From Centroscyllium fabricii (lineage: Eukaryota), in NCBI GenBank assembly GCA_051313645.2, contig JBNRSN020000008.1, forward strand, positions 175,150,001-175,214,000: a stretch of DNA of 64,000 nucleotides. The letters are read 5' to 3'. Below, piece by piece: positions 38,735 to 52,028 of the stretch. Each line of letters begins with the position of its first letter. Position 1 is the first letter of the stretch. The notes beneath the pieces were generated by a model. It worked only from the letters and a program-made list of their open reading frames with translations, searched no databases and was not told the origin of the DNA. The position numbers were made by a program, and so were the translations under genes.

Positions 38735-39492
38735 AAACATAGAAGATATGAGCAGGAGTAGGCTATTCGGCTGCTCCAGCCTGCTCCACCATTCAATGAG
38801 ATCATGGTTGATCATCCAAATTCAGTACCCTGTCCCTGCCTTCTCCCCATATCGCTTGATCCCTTTAGCCTTAAGGAATATATCCAACTCCTTCTTGAAT
38901 ATATTTAATGAACTGGCCTCCACCGCCCTCAGTGGCAGAGAATTCCACAGGTTCACCACTCTCTGGGTGAAGAAATTCCTTCTCATCTCGGTCCTAAATG
39001 GCTTACCCCTTATCCTTAGACTATGACCCCTGGTTCTGGACTCCCCGGCCATCGGGAACCTCCTTCCTGCATCTAGTCTGTCCAGGCCTGACAGAATTTT
39101 ATAGGTTTCGATGAGATCCCCTCTCAATCTTCTAAACTCCAGTGAGTAGAGGCCTAATCGACCCAATCTCTCCTCATACGTCATTCCTGCCATCCCAGGT
39201 ATCAGCCTGGTGAATCTTCGCTGCATTCCCTCCATGGCAAGAACATCCTTCCTTAGATAAGGCGACCAAAATTGCACACAATACTCGAGGCGCGGTCTCA
39301 CCAAGGCCCTGTACAGCTGCAGCAAGACATCCTTGCTCCTGTACTCGAACCCTCTCGCTATGAAGGCCAACATACCATTTGCCTTCTTAACCGCCTGCTG
39401 CACCTGCATGCTCACCTTCAGCGACTGGTGCACAAGAACGCCCAGGTCTCTCTGCACTTCCCCTTCTCCCAATCTATTGCCATTCAGATAAC
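38735..39492 (-). mobile_element. CR1 LINE 3' end
   Basis: 216-aa ORF RDLGVLVH...[11 protein letters not shown]...RGDLIETYKI followed by the typical 3' tail. Confidence 0.92.
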
Positions 39493-39605
39493 AATCCAGA
39501 ATAGAATTTTGTCATACCAAGAAAAGTGAGTAATATATTTACAAGAAAACCCAGGATTCTTTAAACTGAATGCAAATGTTAGTCCCAAGTAGTGTTTATA
39601 CTTAC

Positions 39606-39768
39606 TTGGGTAGACCTTTGATACATGCAGCCAAATCCTTAGTCATGAAACCAGACTCAATAGTTTCTACACAAACTGCTTCTAACAAGGTACAGAAGGT
39701 CTGCAGTGCAGAGTTGTCATCCAGCTTTGCTCTATGGGATAGTCCTCGAGTCCAAGCAAAGATGGAGG
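39606..39768 (-). CDS. IDH1: IDH1 coding exon ([19 protein letters not shown]...[15 protein letters not shown])
   Basis: ttcaag| acceptor, AA|GTAAGT donor, 163 nt. Confidence 0.96.
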
Positions 39769-40289
39769 CTTGAAACAATGAGGGGAAAAGTCTTGCATTA
39801 AAAACACCAAAGTACATAAGACAAGAAAAGTCTTTTTAACCAAACTTGTGCTTCAACAGACTGTATTTAACTGCACCATTATTATAACACAAAGACTGAA
39901 ACACCCTTGGGTGCTTCACAGCTTAAAGTAGTAAAAGTAAAAAAAGGCATAGGTGCTGAGCTAGCAGGAGAGGTGACCAGAAGCTCAGTGGAATGGCGGG
40001 TTTTACAGGTCGGAGAGAAACAATGAAGCTGATAATTTAAAGGTGAGAGTTCCAGATAATAAGGCTAAAACAACAGACGGCTCTACCATCATTGATGGTT
40101 GAAGGGAGGCGTACTCAGAGGGCATGGGAAGGGGCAATAGTTTGGAGGAAGTTGCAAAGATAAAGTGAGAGAGACCATGGAGGGGACTGAAGGTGAAGGC
40201 AAGAAGTTTAAATTTAAAGCATTAGGAATAGTTAACCAGCATGGGTCGGTGTGAAGGGCAAGCAGGGCTTACTGCACTGCGTGATAGTA

Positions 40290-40436
40290 TAGGTTGTGCA
40301 CCGGAAATCCGGCACGAGCGGGACCAGGCCTGTGCCGGGAAAGTGAAAAAACCGGCAGAATGAAGTCGGTCAGTGCGCATGCGCAGTGCAGTCGGGGCAA
40401 TTTGTTTCGGGTCACGGATTTTCGGTGCACAACCTG
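40290..40436. mobile_element. Short Tc1/pogo-type MITE
   Basis: TIRs (C/T)AGGTTGTGCACCG.AAATCCG, TA flanks; related to 14457-14780. Confidence 0.78.
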
Positions 40437-41851
40437 TATACGGGCAGATGCATTTTGAATGTAGTGGGAGGATGGGAGACCAGCAAGGAAAATGTTGGAG
40501 AAATCAAGTCAAGTGGAGATGTGTCTTTAACGAATTGTTGGAGCATCGAATGCTTTTCTACAGAGAATGGTTACAGCATTGTTACTTCTAAGGGAAGAGT
40601 AGATAAATATTTGAAGTAGAGGAAGATACAGGGGTATGGGGAGAACGCAGGGCAGTGAGATTTGTTTTAGACTGCTCTGACAAGGATGACGCAAACACAA
40701 AATGCCTCCTTCTGTGCTGTAAACTGCTATGGTTCTAAACATGAACATTTTTATTACCTTACATTTCTTAAAATTAGCAATTCACCTATCTGGTCATTAA
40801 CTCTGATGAACCTAGATCACCTGAATTTTGTACCTTTTTCTAAACATTGTGCGTTCCACAAAACTTGGTGTCACCTACAAACTTAAATACTCTTTAATTT
40901 CAAGGTTATTAATTTGGAAATAAAGTTCCAAGACTCAGCCTCGAGCATTCTGCTGGCTACACCACAGTGTAGTGGTTATGCTAAAAGAACCAGCAACCCA
41001 ACTGTCCAAAGTTCAAATCCTACCATGGTAAGTTAGGAAACTGATTTAAATCAATGTCATAATTTGTAGGCTAGCACCAGGAAAACAAAATATCCATGAA
41101 AGCTGTTGGATTTTTGTAAAAATCCATCTAGCTCACTAATGCCCTTCAGGGAAGAGAACTGGCCATCTCCAACTGGTTTAGTCTAACTATTCATGCCTAC
41201 AGGGCAACTGTGTTGGGATAAAAATGCTGCCTTGCCAGCATTGCTTACATCCTGAAAACAAATAAAAATACCACTAATCATTACCCTTTGTTTCCTGTTA
41301 TATAACCAACTTATTACCCAACCTACTACATCCTCACAAACTTTTAGCTGCAAATCTCGTGAGGTTCCTTACGATGTCTTCAAAAAGTCTGAAGGAGTGA
41401 GTTTCCGTTGAGCTTCACCTACTTGTCTGCTGCTAAAACATTTACACCATTTTCCCAGGGTTTCTACGACTCTTCTGGTGAAGTTACAGTGGATGAGCAG
41501 AGGTACCCCCATGGAAATTCGCCCCTAAATATCAAATATTCACAGTACTAAAATCTGCATAACCTGCCTTTCATAAAGAAATGATTTGGAATTACTGCTG
41601 TTGCTCCTATGATCTCTTCCATACTGAAAAATTTATCTCATCAAATAAACTATACTTGCAGAATGGGGTTTGTGGGTTTCTATCAAGAACTAATTATCAA
41701 ACAATATAATCTGGAATGTGTTTCAATGCAATAATATATTTTGGGGCCGCCACGTAATACACTGCAGATTCTGCATTATCATAGCAAATAAACATACTGG
41801 CCATACTTGTAATTACATTTGTATAAGGGAGGCAACGCAAAATAATGTTAC

Positions 41852-41992
41852 CAATTGGATTGGTTGAGGTTTCCTTGCCCTGCTGGTGCATACGGTAATG
41901 GCGTGTCACAGTGCCATGGGCAGCCTCAGATTCGACCGTCTTACCATCAGGACAAATCAATACACTTGTCATCATTCCCAGTGAGCCATATC
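41852..41992 (-). CDS. IDH1: IDH1 coding exon ([47 protein letters not shown])
   Basis: atacag| acceptor, G|GTAACA donor, 141 nt. NADP-binding [10 protein letters not shown]; [10 protein letters not shown] is IDH1-type, whereas IDH2 has GFGSLGLMTS. Confidence 0.97.
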
Positions 41993-42355
41993 CTGTATGT
42001 AATTAGAATATATTCTTAAAAACACAAAATCAAAATAAACTCTATTTCAGTACAGGAGTAGGTAGCTAAAAAAGCAGACTGGTAACAAGTTCTATTTTTC
42101 TTAATCGCTGCTCAGTGCCTCTGACAGAACTGGAGGCAATCTACTCAATAACTTGAATTTTTCAGCAAATGTGATGAGCTATTTCTTCACCATCTGCTGG
42201 GTTATTTGAAAACAGGAAGAACATTTCTGCAAGTTATTCTGATGCAGAAAGTCATGCCAAACTGTACAATATATCTAGAAATACATCAGTAGAATTAGCT
42301 GTTTGCTCCACATTATCAAATGTAGCTTAAATATAGTTGCTACTGGCAAAATTAC

Positions 42356-42507
42356 CTTGTGCAATAGAGTCAGATTGCACATCACCATCATAATTCTTGC
42401 AGGCCCAGATGAAGCCTCCCTCAGATTTGAGTGCTTGAGCGACCATGTCATCAATTAGTCGGTGCTCATACCAGATTCCTTTGGCCTCAAATTGTGCTTT
42501 GTATTGT
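42356..42507 (-). CDS. IDH1: IDH1 coding exon ([50 protein letters not shown])
   Basis: ttgcag| acceptor, G|GTAATT donor, 152 nt; metal-binding NYDGDVQSD motif. Confidence 0.97.
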
Positions 42508-42852
42508 CTGCAAGAGAAAGCAATTCTTGGTTGGAGAAAAATATTTTTATGGTCCAAAACAAAGCCGTACCTTTAGTCTTCTTACCTCAACAACCATACC
42601 ATCAAGTCAAGCTTTCCAAATGTTTACATTTACACTACCCTCCTCTTTTTAGGTACCCAACTGTTGTCTCCTGCCACCGTGTTTCTTCCTTCAGTTTGTA
42701 GGGCTAGCCAGTCTGATCCACCGGCTTCTTTACAGCTCACTGCCATAGTGATCACATCTCTTGTTCACTAATCAAAGAATAACATCCTCAGCCCAAGTGC
42801 CCAGCCTCTTTTGCAACTGAAGGTGCGTCAAACAGCAAGGTTTAGAGTCACA

Positions 42853-43733
42853 GGGCGCGAAATTCATGAGCACATGTTTTCTGGTGCTAAAATGGGCGCA
42901 GCGTTAAAATTAGCGCCGAGGCGCCAGATATTGGCGTTAGCGCCGGCCTTGCAGATTTCGGTGCTAATTCAGGATATGCACGGCTTCCAGGCAGCCAATT
43001 TTGTGCCGCTAATTGCCGTTCCCGGGCGCAGCGCTCCCTCACCAACTGCTTGCTTCCCCATGACCTCTGCAGCCGAATAGGTCTTAAAGGGGAAGCAGAG
43101 CAGCATCTTTTCCTCCCCGCTCTCATCAATTGGCCGCTCGGGGGCCCGACCGACCCCCCTCCCCGCTCTCTGATCAGTTGCTGGATCGGGGGGGGGGGGT
43201 CACCCAGCCCCCGATCGGCAACTGATCAGAGAGCGGGGAGGCGGGTCGGGTGGCCCCCGAGAGGGGGTTGGGTGACCCCCCGATCGGCAACTGATGAGAG
43301 TGGGGGGGGGGGGGGGGGGTCGGGCGACCCCCGAGCGGCAACTGATCAGAGAGCGGGGGGGGGGGGGGGGGGAGGGGAGGGGTCAGCGGGGCCCCTCCCC
43401 GCTCTCTCATCAATTGGCTGCTTGGGCCGACTCCCCCCATCAGCTGGCCGCTCGGACCGAACAGGGAGGGTGGCCCTTTTAGCAGCGCTGCAGCGGCCAC
43501 TCAAACCTGTTGCAGCGCATGCCGAAGCTGGCGCTGGCAGCGCGGGGTGGACTGGCGCAAAAGCAATTTTCGGGCGCAGCACACGCATTTCCACGAGGAT
43601 TGCTGATTGCTAATTAGCACACGCTAACGTTTAGCGCCGGCGCTAATCACTATGCCAATTCAGCGCCCGGCGCCAATTTTGACGCTAACCCACTAGCGCC
43701 AATCATCGGCGCTAAGGCGCCAATTTCGCGCCC
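42853..43733. mobile_element. GC-rich PIF/Harbinger-type MITE
   Basis: TIR GGGCGCGAAATT/AATTTCGCGCCC, ACA/ATA 3-bp flanks, sub-terminal TAGCGCC repeats and internal CGGCAACTGATCAGAGAGCG(G)n repeats. Confidence 0.82.
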
Positions 43734-44925
43734 ATAGAGATTTACAGCACAGAAGGAGGCTCTTCGGCCCATCGCGTCAGTGCCGGCCATCAAGCCCCGT
43801 CTATTCTAATCCCATTTTCCTGCATTTGGTCCGTAGCCTGTATGCCACGGCACTTCAAGTGCTCATCTAAATGCTTCTTGAATGTTGTGAGGGTTCCTGC
43901 CTCCACCACCCTTTCAGGCAGTGAGTTGCAGATTCCAACCACCCTGTGGGTGAAAAAGTTCTTCCTCAAATCCCCTCTAAACCTCCCACACCTTACCTTG
44001 AAACTATGCCCCCTTGTTATTGACCCCACTACCAAGGGAAAAAGTTCCTTTCTGCTTACCCTATCTATGCCCCTCATAATTTTGTACACCTCAATCAGGT
44101 CCCCCCTCAGCCTTCTCTGCTCCAAGGAAAAGAACCCCAGCCTGCCCAGTCTTTCTTCATAGCTGAAGCGCTCCAGCCCAGGTAACATCCTGGTGAATCT
44201 GCTCTGCACCCTCTCCAAAGCAATCTCATCCTTCCTATAGTGTGGCGACCAGAACTGCACACCGCACTCCAGCTGTGGCCTTACCAGCGTTTTGTACAGC
44301 TCCATCATAACCTCCCTGCTCTTCTATTCTATGCCTCGGTTAATGAAGGCAAGTATCCCATCTGCCTTTTTAACCATCTTATCTACCTGTCCTGCTGTCT
44401 TCAGGGATCTATGTACATGCACACCAAGGTCCCTCTGATCCTGTGTCTTTTCTAGGGTCTTGCCATTTATTGTGTATTCCCTTGCCTTGTTAGTCCTTCC
44501 AAAATGCATCATCTCACACTTTTCAAGGGTAAATTCCATTTGCCACTGCTCCGCCCATCTGACCAACCCATCTATATCGTCCTGCAGACTGAGGCTTCCC
44601 TCCTCGCTATCTACCACCCCACCAATTTTCGTGTTATCAGCGAACTTACTGATCATACCTTTTACATTCATATCCAAATCATTAATGTAGACTACAAACA
44701 GCAAGGGACCCAGCACCGATCCCTGCAGTACTCCACTGAACACTGGCTTCTAGTCACAAAAACAACCTTCGACCATCACCCTCTGCCTTCTGCCACTAAG
44801 CCAGTTACGGATCCAATGTGCCAAGGTGCCCTGGATCCCATGGGCTCTTACCTTCTTGACCAGTCTCCTATGTGGGACTTTATCAAAAGCTTTACTGAAA
44901 TCCATGTATACCACATCCACTGAAC
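43734..44925 (-). mobile_element. CR1 LINE 3' portion
   Basis: QGSVLGPLLF, KFADNTKI and LYKTLVRPQLE ORFs. Confidence 0.9.
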
Positions 44926-45033
44926 TGCGCTAATCCACTACATTCTTGCAGGAAAGTAAAATAATGAAGTGAGTGGGGGAGGTAGGCAAAGAGAACCAAA
45001 ATTTTTGAAATGGTTATTTTAAAAAAAAGTTAC

Positions 45034-45211
45034 TTTTCATAGATTTCCTGGAATATGTCCTTGAATCGTCCATCGTAGCTCTTCAGTATGGTATTCTTTG
45101 TGCTCATGTATAATGGCCAACCTTTAGCAAGAGCTTGCTGGAATGAGCAATGAGAAAAGTCCCTAATAGAGGAGTCAGTGTTGTACATTCCCAAAGCAAC
45201 TCCTCCACCAT
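45034..45211 (-). CDS. IDH1: IDH1 coding exon ([13 protein letters not shown]...[24 protein letters not shown])
   Basis: ttacag| acceptor, AA|GTAACT donor, 178 nt; contains the catalytic Lys of STKNTILK. Confidence 0.96.
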
Positions 45212-45582
45212 CTGTAACAGAAAGCAGTTAATGACATTTTTTACAAAGCCACATATATCTAAAGTAGCATTTTGTGTTGGTTGTAATGTACTCCGATTGC
45301 TTTTAAATCTTAACACCTATTATCAAAAGTACCCTTCGATTCCTAGATCCTCTATCTTCCCACTCCTTCCCTGTTTGCAAGTGTAAAAATGAACTCAAAT
45401 TATATTCCCAGTGTTGAATTTTCTTTCCATTTCTCCAGGATAGTAGTAACCTAACAATAAATCTAGTTTACATTCATTAGCTCTTTTCAATTGTATGCAA
45501 TATTTTGTTTCTTGCTTGCTATATAAACCCTAATCTAACCTAAAAAAGGAGTTTGAATTGAAACTCTCATATACCCTTCTAT

Positions 45583-47403
45583 GGGGGCGAAATTGGGTGC
45601 CTTTGTGACGCTCGTTGGCGCCGCACTGACATCGACACACGCCATATTCGGCGGGGGGTTTGCGGCGGTGCTATGGCGTTGCACCCTGATCTCCTTTGGC
45701 CAAGAGATCGTGACATTGTGGGGAACCTAAGTTTCCCACTCTTAAATAAATCGAGAAACGGAGCAAAGCAGCGGAGCAAAACCCAGTAAGTCTTTATTAT
45801 AGAATCATAGAAGATAGGAGCAGGAGTAGGCCATTCAGCCCTTCGAGCCTGCTCCGCCATTCAATGAGATCATGGCTGATCTTTAGCAAGCTAGTACCCC
45901 GTCCCCGCCTTTTCTCCGTAACCTTTAATCCCTTTAGCTTGAAGAAATATATCCAATTCCCTCTTGAATATGTTTAATGAACTGGCCTCCACCGCCCTCT
46001 GTGGCAAGGAATTCCACAGGCCCACCAGTCTCTGAGTGAAGAAATTCTTCCTCATGTCTGTCCTAAATGGTTTACCCCTTATTCTTAGACCGTGGCCCCT
46101 GGTTCTGGACTCCCCCGTCAATCACAACAACGCAGAACTGGGAGAAAACGGTGTGAAAATGCAAAGCACTGTGGGGGCTGTTGAGTGACAGCCCTACGGA
46201 CCAATTTGGGACCGTAACTGTTGACCTAACTGACCAATAGGGGAACGGGGGCGGGCCCGCTCGGGTACGGTAGATTCTAGGTCCTAGAGAACTTGGATGA
46301 GTCTCTCGGGTAGTTACACTACACACGCTCCCCCAGAATCTGCATACACATGGTACGTCAACCTCCGAGGAGATTTGATGAGGCGGCCACTGCGAAAGCG
46401 ACAGACCGCCGGTGCAGGAGAGGGCGCTGGAGAGCCGTGTACCGGACTAGGGGATAACTGCACCACAGGCACAAAAGGAGGCGAAACAGGGGGCGAAACT
46501 GCAACTGGAGCCGTACCCGAGGGCGTAAAGACTGTGTGACCTGCCGCGGGTACGCTCGGAACAAAGAAGGACTCCTGGCGCGGAGCCGGGGAAGACTGTT
46601 CCTGTAAGGTGGGGTCAAACTGGGCCGGCTTAAGACAGTTGATAGACACGCGGTCCTGTCGACCCCCGACCTCCAAGAGGAAAGCTTTGTCGCCAACTTC
46701 CAGCACCTGGAAAGGGCCAGTATATGGCGCCTGCAAGGGGGTTCGGTGAGCGTCGCGATGTACGAAGACGAATTTAGCCAGACAGAGCTCGGTAGGCACG
46801 TGAGTCGAGCGGACGCCATGTCGAGAGGTGGGCGTAGGGAGAAAACGCTGCGCCGCGTCATTAAGCTGAGCGAGTTGCTCGCTGGCCGACCAAGGGTCGG
46901 TAGTGGAGGGGAAATATTCTCCTGGAACACGGAGAGGCTGTCCAAAAACGAGTTCGGCAGATTAAGTGTCGAGGTCGTCCTTGGGTGCAGAACGCAACCC
47001 AAGCAAAACCCAAGGTAGCCTGTCGAGCCAATTGACATCAACCAGGCTAGCTCGGAGTGAGGCCTTAAGGGCGCGGTGGAAGCGTTCGCAAATGCCATTA
47101 GACTGTGGGTGGTATGCAGTTGTGCAGTGCACTTGCGTACCTAGACCAGAGGCCACTGCATTCCAGAGTTGGGAGGTGAACTGAGGGCCCCTGTCGGAAG
47201 TGATGTCCGACGGTACCCCGAAACGGGCCACCCAAGAAAAATGAAGGCACTGGCGAAGTCTCCGCCCCACCTGCTGCCGATTTTTAGCGCACCACTTCCT
47301 TCTTGGAGTGCGAACGTCGAATTTTTCAAAAGTCTGAAATTATTAGCGCCTGCCGTTACCTTTCAAACTTACCGCCCCAAGCAGGGCGAGTGAATTTCTC
47401 CCC
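45583..47403. mobile_element. Harbinger-type MITE carrying a nested CR1 3' end (~45798-46120, -) and a Gypsy integrase/PPT/LTR fragment (~46121-47260, -)
   Basis: Outer ends GGGG(C)GAAATT / AATTTCTCCCC. Integrase WVARFGVPSDITSDRGPQF...YHPQSNGICERFHR, GPF motif, PPT GGGGGAGCG, LTR start TGTAGT at 46323. Confidence 0.75.
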
Positions 47404-47746
47404 TTATATGTCTAGCCTATACAGCCAGTAGATCCATATCAGTAATTAATATGTGTCACCAGCTTAGCCCCATCTGTATACATTGGGAGGTTTTGTATCT
47501 TCCAAAAAACTGCACAGCACACAGGAAATGGTGCTGCCAGTGTAAGCTGCTTGATGCAAGCATATAAAAGTGTTATTGAATGTGTCTCAATGTTATTGGC
47601 CAGTTAAGCATCAACAACAGTAGCTGCAAATGAGATAGAGATCTAACAGTCTACTCAATTTAAAGAATCATTTACCATGCATAGTTCTGTATATGTAAGC
47701 ATACAAATTTCATAAAGCATGCATCTGCACAACATGCAAACCTTAC

Positions 47747-47852
47747 CTGTAAAATTATGAATAGCATAGGTGACAGGCTCACCACCATGACTGGGTGTGT
47801 ATTTGATTTCAACTATACCAGGACCAGGTACAACAAAGTCTGTAGCTCTGTA
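47747..47852 (-). CDS. IDH1: IDH1 coding exon ([35 protein letters not shown])
   Basis: ccacag| acceptor, G|GTAAGG donor, 106 nt; contains the catalytic Tyr of YRATDF. Confidence 0.96.
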
Positions 47853-50480
47853 CTGTGGACAAAAAGTGTTACATTTGTTACTAAATTTGAACCAAAAAGA
47901 TGAATGTTTACAACTTTTTATTCTGCAAACCATATTCGGTGGGGGGGTTTAACTTTAATTCCAGCAGCACAAGAATGATAACGTTCATCAGCCAAAACCC
48001 AAATACAAAATAAACAATTATATAAGCACTTTACAAGTAGAAATGTTACAGTCAAAATAGCGTAACATTTTTATTCTTCTGAAGGCGTTATCTCCTTGTT
48101 GGAGTGCAGTTCCACGATGTCAGTTATCATCTGGGATCTCACCCAAGTGGCCATTATTTGTGTGAGCTTTGACAATAAGTGTCACCAGGCTTTTCAATTA
48201 CAAGGGTAATCACAGCAGAGGCCAATTCAGTCATCACCTGATGTTCACATATGCACTTGTTATTTTAGTGTAAATGTATTCCAAGTCTAAAATCAGGATT
48301 TAAAATTACCAGGGACTAACAAACTGCATCCCTAATTCAAATGAACATTTAGGATCCTAATTCAATTGTGCATAGCATTAATATTTTGAAAGCCAATTTA
48401 AAATCTTCATTGGTGATCCAGTTATTGACATCAAAAAATGACATTTTCTTCACTGATACCAGCTACAATAACTCTTCAACTGAAAGATGACCAGTGACCT
48501 CATGATTGCCGATGGATATAGACAGAATTGCACAGTGTGCAAACAAATAATGTATGATTTTCAGCCCTGAAAAGACCATGTCAAGTCGGTTTAGAAAATT
48601 AAACGAAGTGCAGCTTGGAACAGAGTTTAAACATGCAAGTTTGGAGAGCAGGAGTTAAAAACCTGCATGAGCAAGGACAGAGAACCAGCGGGAGTTCAGC
48701 TCTGTGAAACTCCCCAAATGCATTCGGAGAAAAATAAAAAGGTAACATCACAGGGAAAAGAGAGGCGCAGCGGATCTGAGCAGAGGCGCAGCAAATAAAC
48801 AGTGTGGCAGAGCAAGGCCCGAGAGCGGAGGCAGCGGACCGGACAACAAAAACAAGGATTGATGTCACAGGAAAGCAGGGAAGTGATTGGTTGGTCAGTA
48901 TTTCTCTCTTTTCTTGGGCATTGGTTCAAATTAAGAGCCGGGATTAAAAACGAAACATTCAAAACTTATACATTTAATTAATTAAATACATTAGAGATGG
49001 CAGGGCAGGCGATGGGTTACTGCTGCAACATGTGGGAGCTGGTGGACACCATTAAGGTCCACGGCGACCATATTTGCAGAAAGTGTTGGTTGCTCGAGAA
49101 ACTTCGGCTCAGTGTTGATGAACTGGCGTTCGAGCTTCAAACATTGCGACACATCAGGGAGGGGGAGAGTTACCTAGACGCTGCGTTCCAGGAGGCAGTC
49201 ACACCCCTTAGATTAATTAATTCAAATTTTGTCAGTCGTCAGGGACAGATGGGTGTGACTGCGAACGAGGCAGGTATGGGGAAACCAGGAGGTCGTGGTT
49301 TGGAGCCTCAGCCCTTGCTCTTGCCCAACAGTTATGAGGTTCTTACTCATTGTGGGCGAGAGCAGAGACTGCAGTGAGGATGAGCAAACTGACCACAGCA
49401 CCATGGTACAGGGAGCCATTCAAGTGAGGGGAGCAAAAAGAAACGTGGTAGTGGTAGGGGCCAGTATAGTTAGGGGGATACATACTGTTCTCTGCAGCTG
49501 AGAACGTGAGTCCCGAAGGCTGTGTTGCCTGGGTAAAGGACATCTCCTCTGGGCTGGAGAGGAACTTAAGAGTGGAGGGGAAAGATCCAGTTGGCGTAGT
49601 CCATGGAGGTACCAACGACATAGGTAGGATAAAGAAAGAGGTTCTGTTGAGAGAGTATGAGCAGCTGGGGGCGGGGGGCTAAATTCAAAAGCAGAACCAC
49701 AAAGGTAATCTCTGGATTACTACCTGAGCCATGTGCAAATTGGCATTGGGTAAATAAGATCAGAGAGTTGAACAAGTGGCTCAAAGATTGGTGTGGGAGA
49801 AATGGGTTTCGATTCTTGGGGCACTGGCACCAGTACTAGGGTAAGAGGGAGCTGTTCCGTCGAGACGGGCTTCATTTGTACCAGGCTGGGACCAGGGTCC
49901 TGGCGAATTGAATAACTAAGGTTGTAGATAGGGCTTTAAACTAAATAGTGGGGGGGGGGGGCGCGGATATGCTGAGCGGAAGTTAAAAAAGTCGAAGAAA
50001 AATGAGAAGGCAAAAGTGTCGGGTAGCGCTAGGGGTTATGATAACCGGAGAGTGACAGGAAGGGACAGAGTGTATAAACATAAGAGTGAATCAGAAAGAG
50101 GGATCAGAGTTGGGAAAAATGGTAAAGAGACAAAACTAAAAGCTCTATATCTGAATACATGCAGCATTCATAACAAGATAGATGAGTGGACAGCACAAAT
50201 AGAAATAAATGGGTATGATCTGATAGCCATTACAGAGACATAGAGACATGGCTGCAAGGTGAACAAGGCTGGGAACTGAATATTCAGGGGTAAGGACAGG
50301 CAGAAAGGAAAAGGAGGTGGTGTAGCTCTGTTAATAAGGGATGAGATCAGTGCAGTAATGAGAAATTATATTAGCCTAGAAGATCAAGACGTAGAATCAG
50401 TTTGGGTGGATGGAAGAAATAATAAGGGTAAGTCACTGGTGGGAGTGGTCTACAGGCCCCCAAACAGCAGCCACACTGTA

Positions 50481-51465
50481 GGGCTTTTGTGATCGAGTCC
50501 GAATAAGTCTGTATGTAACAGTCAAATCGCAGATGGGTTTAACTGTGTCATATTGGGTCAATGCAAATGACCCTTGCGTAACAGGGGACCAGACATAGTT
50601 CTTAGATTTCAGGATTCATAAGAACAAAATACACACGGCACAGGGTTTTGGCTCAACCTTTGATTCATTTGTTTATTGAACACACAAACACACAATCACC
50701 TCCCCAGTACAAATCCCTACGATTTATATCAGACTAACAACCCCAAAATACAAACCCCAACGCAAGGGTCATTTGCATCAACACAGTATGACAGTTAAAC
50801 CCATCCACGATTTGACTGTTACATATAAAGTTACCCAAACTCAATCACAAAACCCCTATTGTGATCTGATGGAAACTTACAAACTTACTCAGACTCAATT
50901 ACAAAAGCCCCTTTATGATTTGACTGAAACATACCATCACCACTCCCAATCAGCTGTCTCCTGGAGTTGATTGTAGGCCCAAATCATTCTACTCGCTGTT
51001 CTTGCGTTAGCTCCCGACGCCATCTCTCTTCAAAGTGCCTTTTCTTTAAACTAAACCAAATTGCAGTATCTTGAAACACATTTCCTGTCCTCTCCTGTGC
51101 ACACGATGGCCGTATCAAAATGTGTGAATGTCTCTAGCAGAGAACACTTGATGGATAATTGTCCCTCGTATCGTCCATTGATTACTTGGGCACCAACGCA
51201 ACCTTGCCAAGGTGACTGCATATGCTGATTGTTGGTTTCTGTTAGCATTCGTATTCAAATGGTTCAGGACCCGGCCCATTGTTTCGGCCTGCCCCGATAC
51301 CAGCTTTTCTGGAGCCATGGTCCAAGGTGCACTTCTTTAACAATGTAACCCCTTAAGGTAAATGAATATGCAAATGTTCTTGTATCTTCCAGCTCTTTTT
51401 GCAGGCAGTGCAGTTCTGGATTTCTATATTTCTGGATTTCTATATTTCATAGTCCAATTTTCACC
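50481..51465. mobile_element. Unclassified insertion (possible solo LTR or fold-back element)
   Basis: Interrupts the CR1 endonuclease; ~100-bp inverted repeat 50481-50579 vs 50760-50856, followed by ~54-bp tandem units. Confidence 0.45.
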
Positions 51466-51727
51466 AATGGGGGGTGGGGGGGGGGGGGGGGGTAGGAGGA
51501 ATGGACCCTACAGTATCAAACTGAAAACAAAAGCATACCATGTTGCGAAGAATAGTGAAAGGCCAGAGGATTGGGATTTTTTTTAAAGCAGCAAAGGACA
51601 ACTAAAAAAATGATACAGAAGATAGCTTATGAGAATAAGCAACAAAGTAATATAAAAACAGACAGCAAGAGCTTCTGCAGGTATATAAAAAGTGAGAGTA
51701 GCTAAAGTAAATGTTGGTCCCCTAGGG

Positions 51728-52028
51728 CAGGGGTCCCCAACCTTTTTTGGGCCGTGGACCATTTTGGGCTTGTCAATTTTTTCACGGACCGGGGGGGGGT
51801 GCTGGCGGAGTTTCTTGACTGACCTGGGGGGGGGTGCTGGCGGAGTTTTTTTGACTGACCGGGGGGGGTGCTGATGGAGTTTTTTTCATTGATCGGGGGA
51901 GGGGGCTGTCTTCCGTCTGTGCCTCGTTAAACGTCTTCCGTTGGCGAATGATCTGCACATGCGCCGAGGCACAGACCCTTCCACGGCCCGGTAAAAATGT
52001 CCCGCGGACCGGCGGTTGGGGACCGCTG
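51728..52028. mobile_element. hAT (Charlie/MER1-type) MITE
   Basis: 15-bp TIR CAG(G/C)GGTCCCCAACC; 8-bp TSD CCCTAGGG at 51720-51727 and 52029-52036. Confidence 0.92.
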
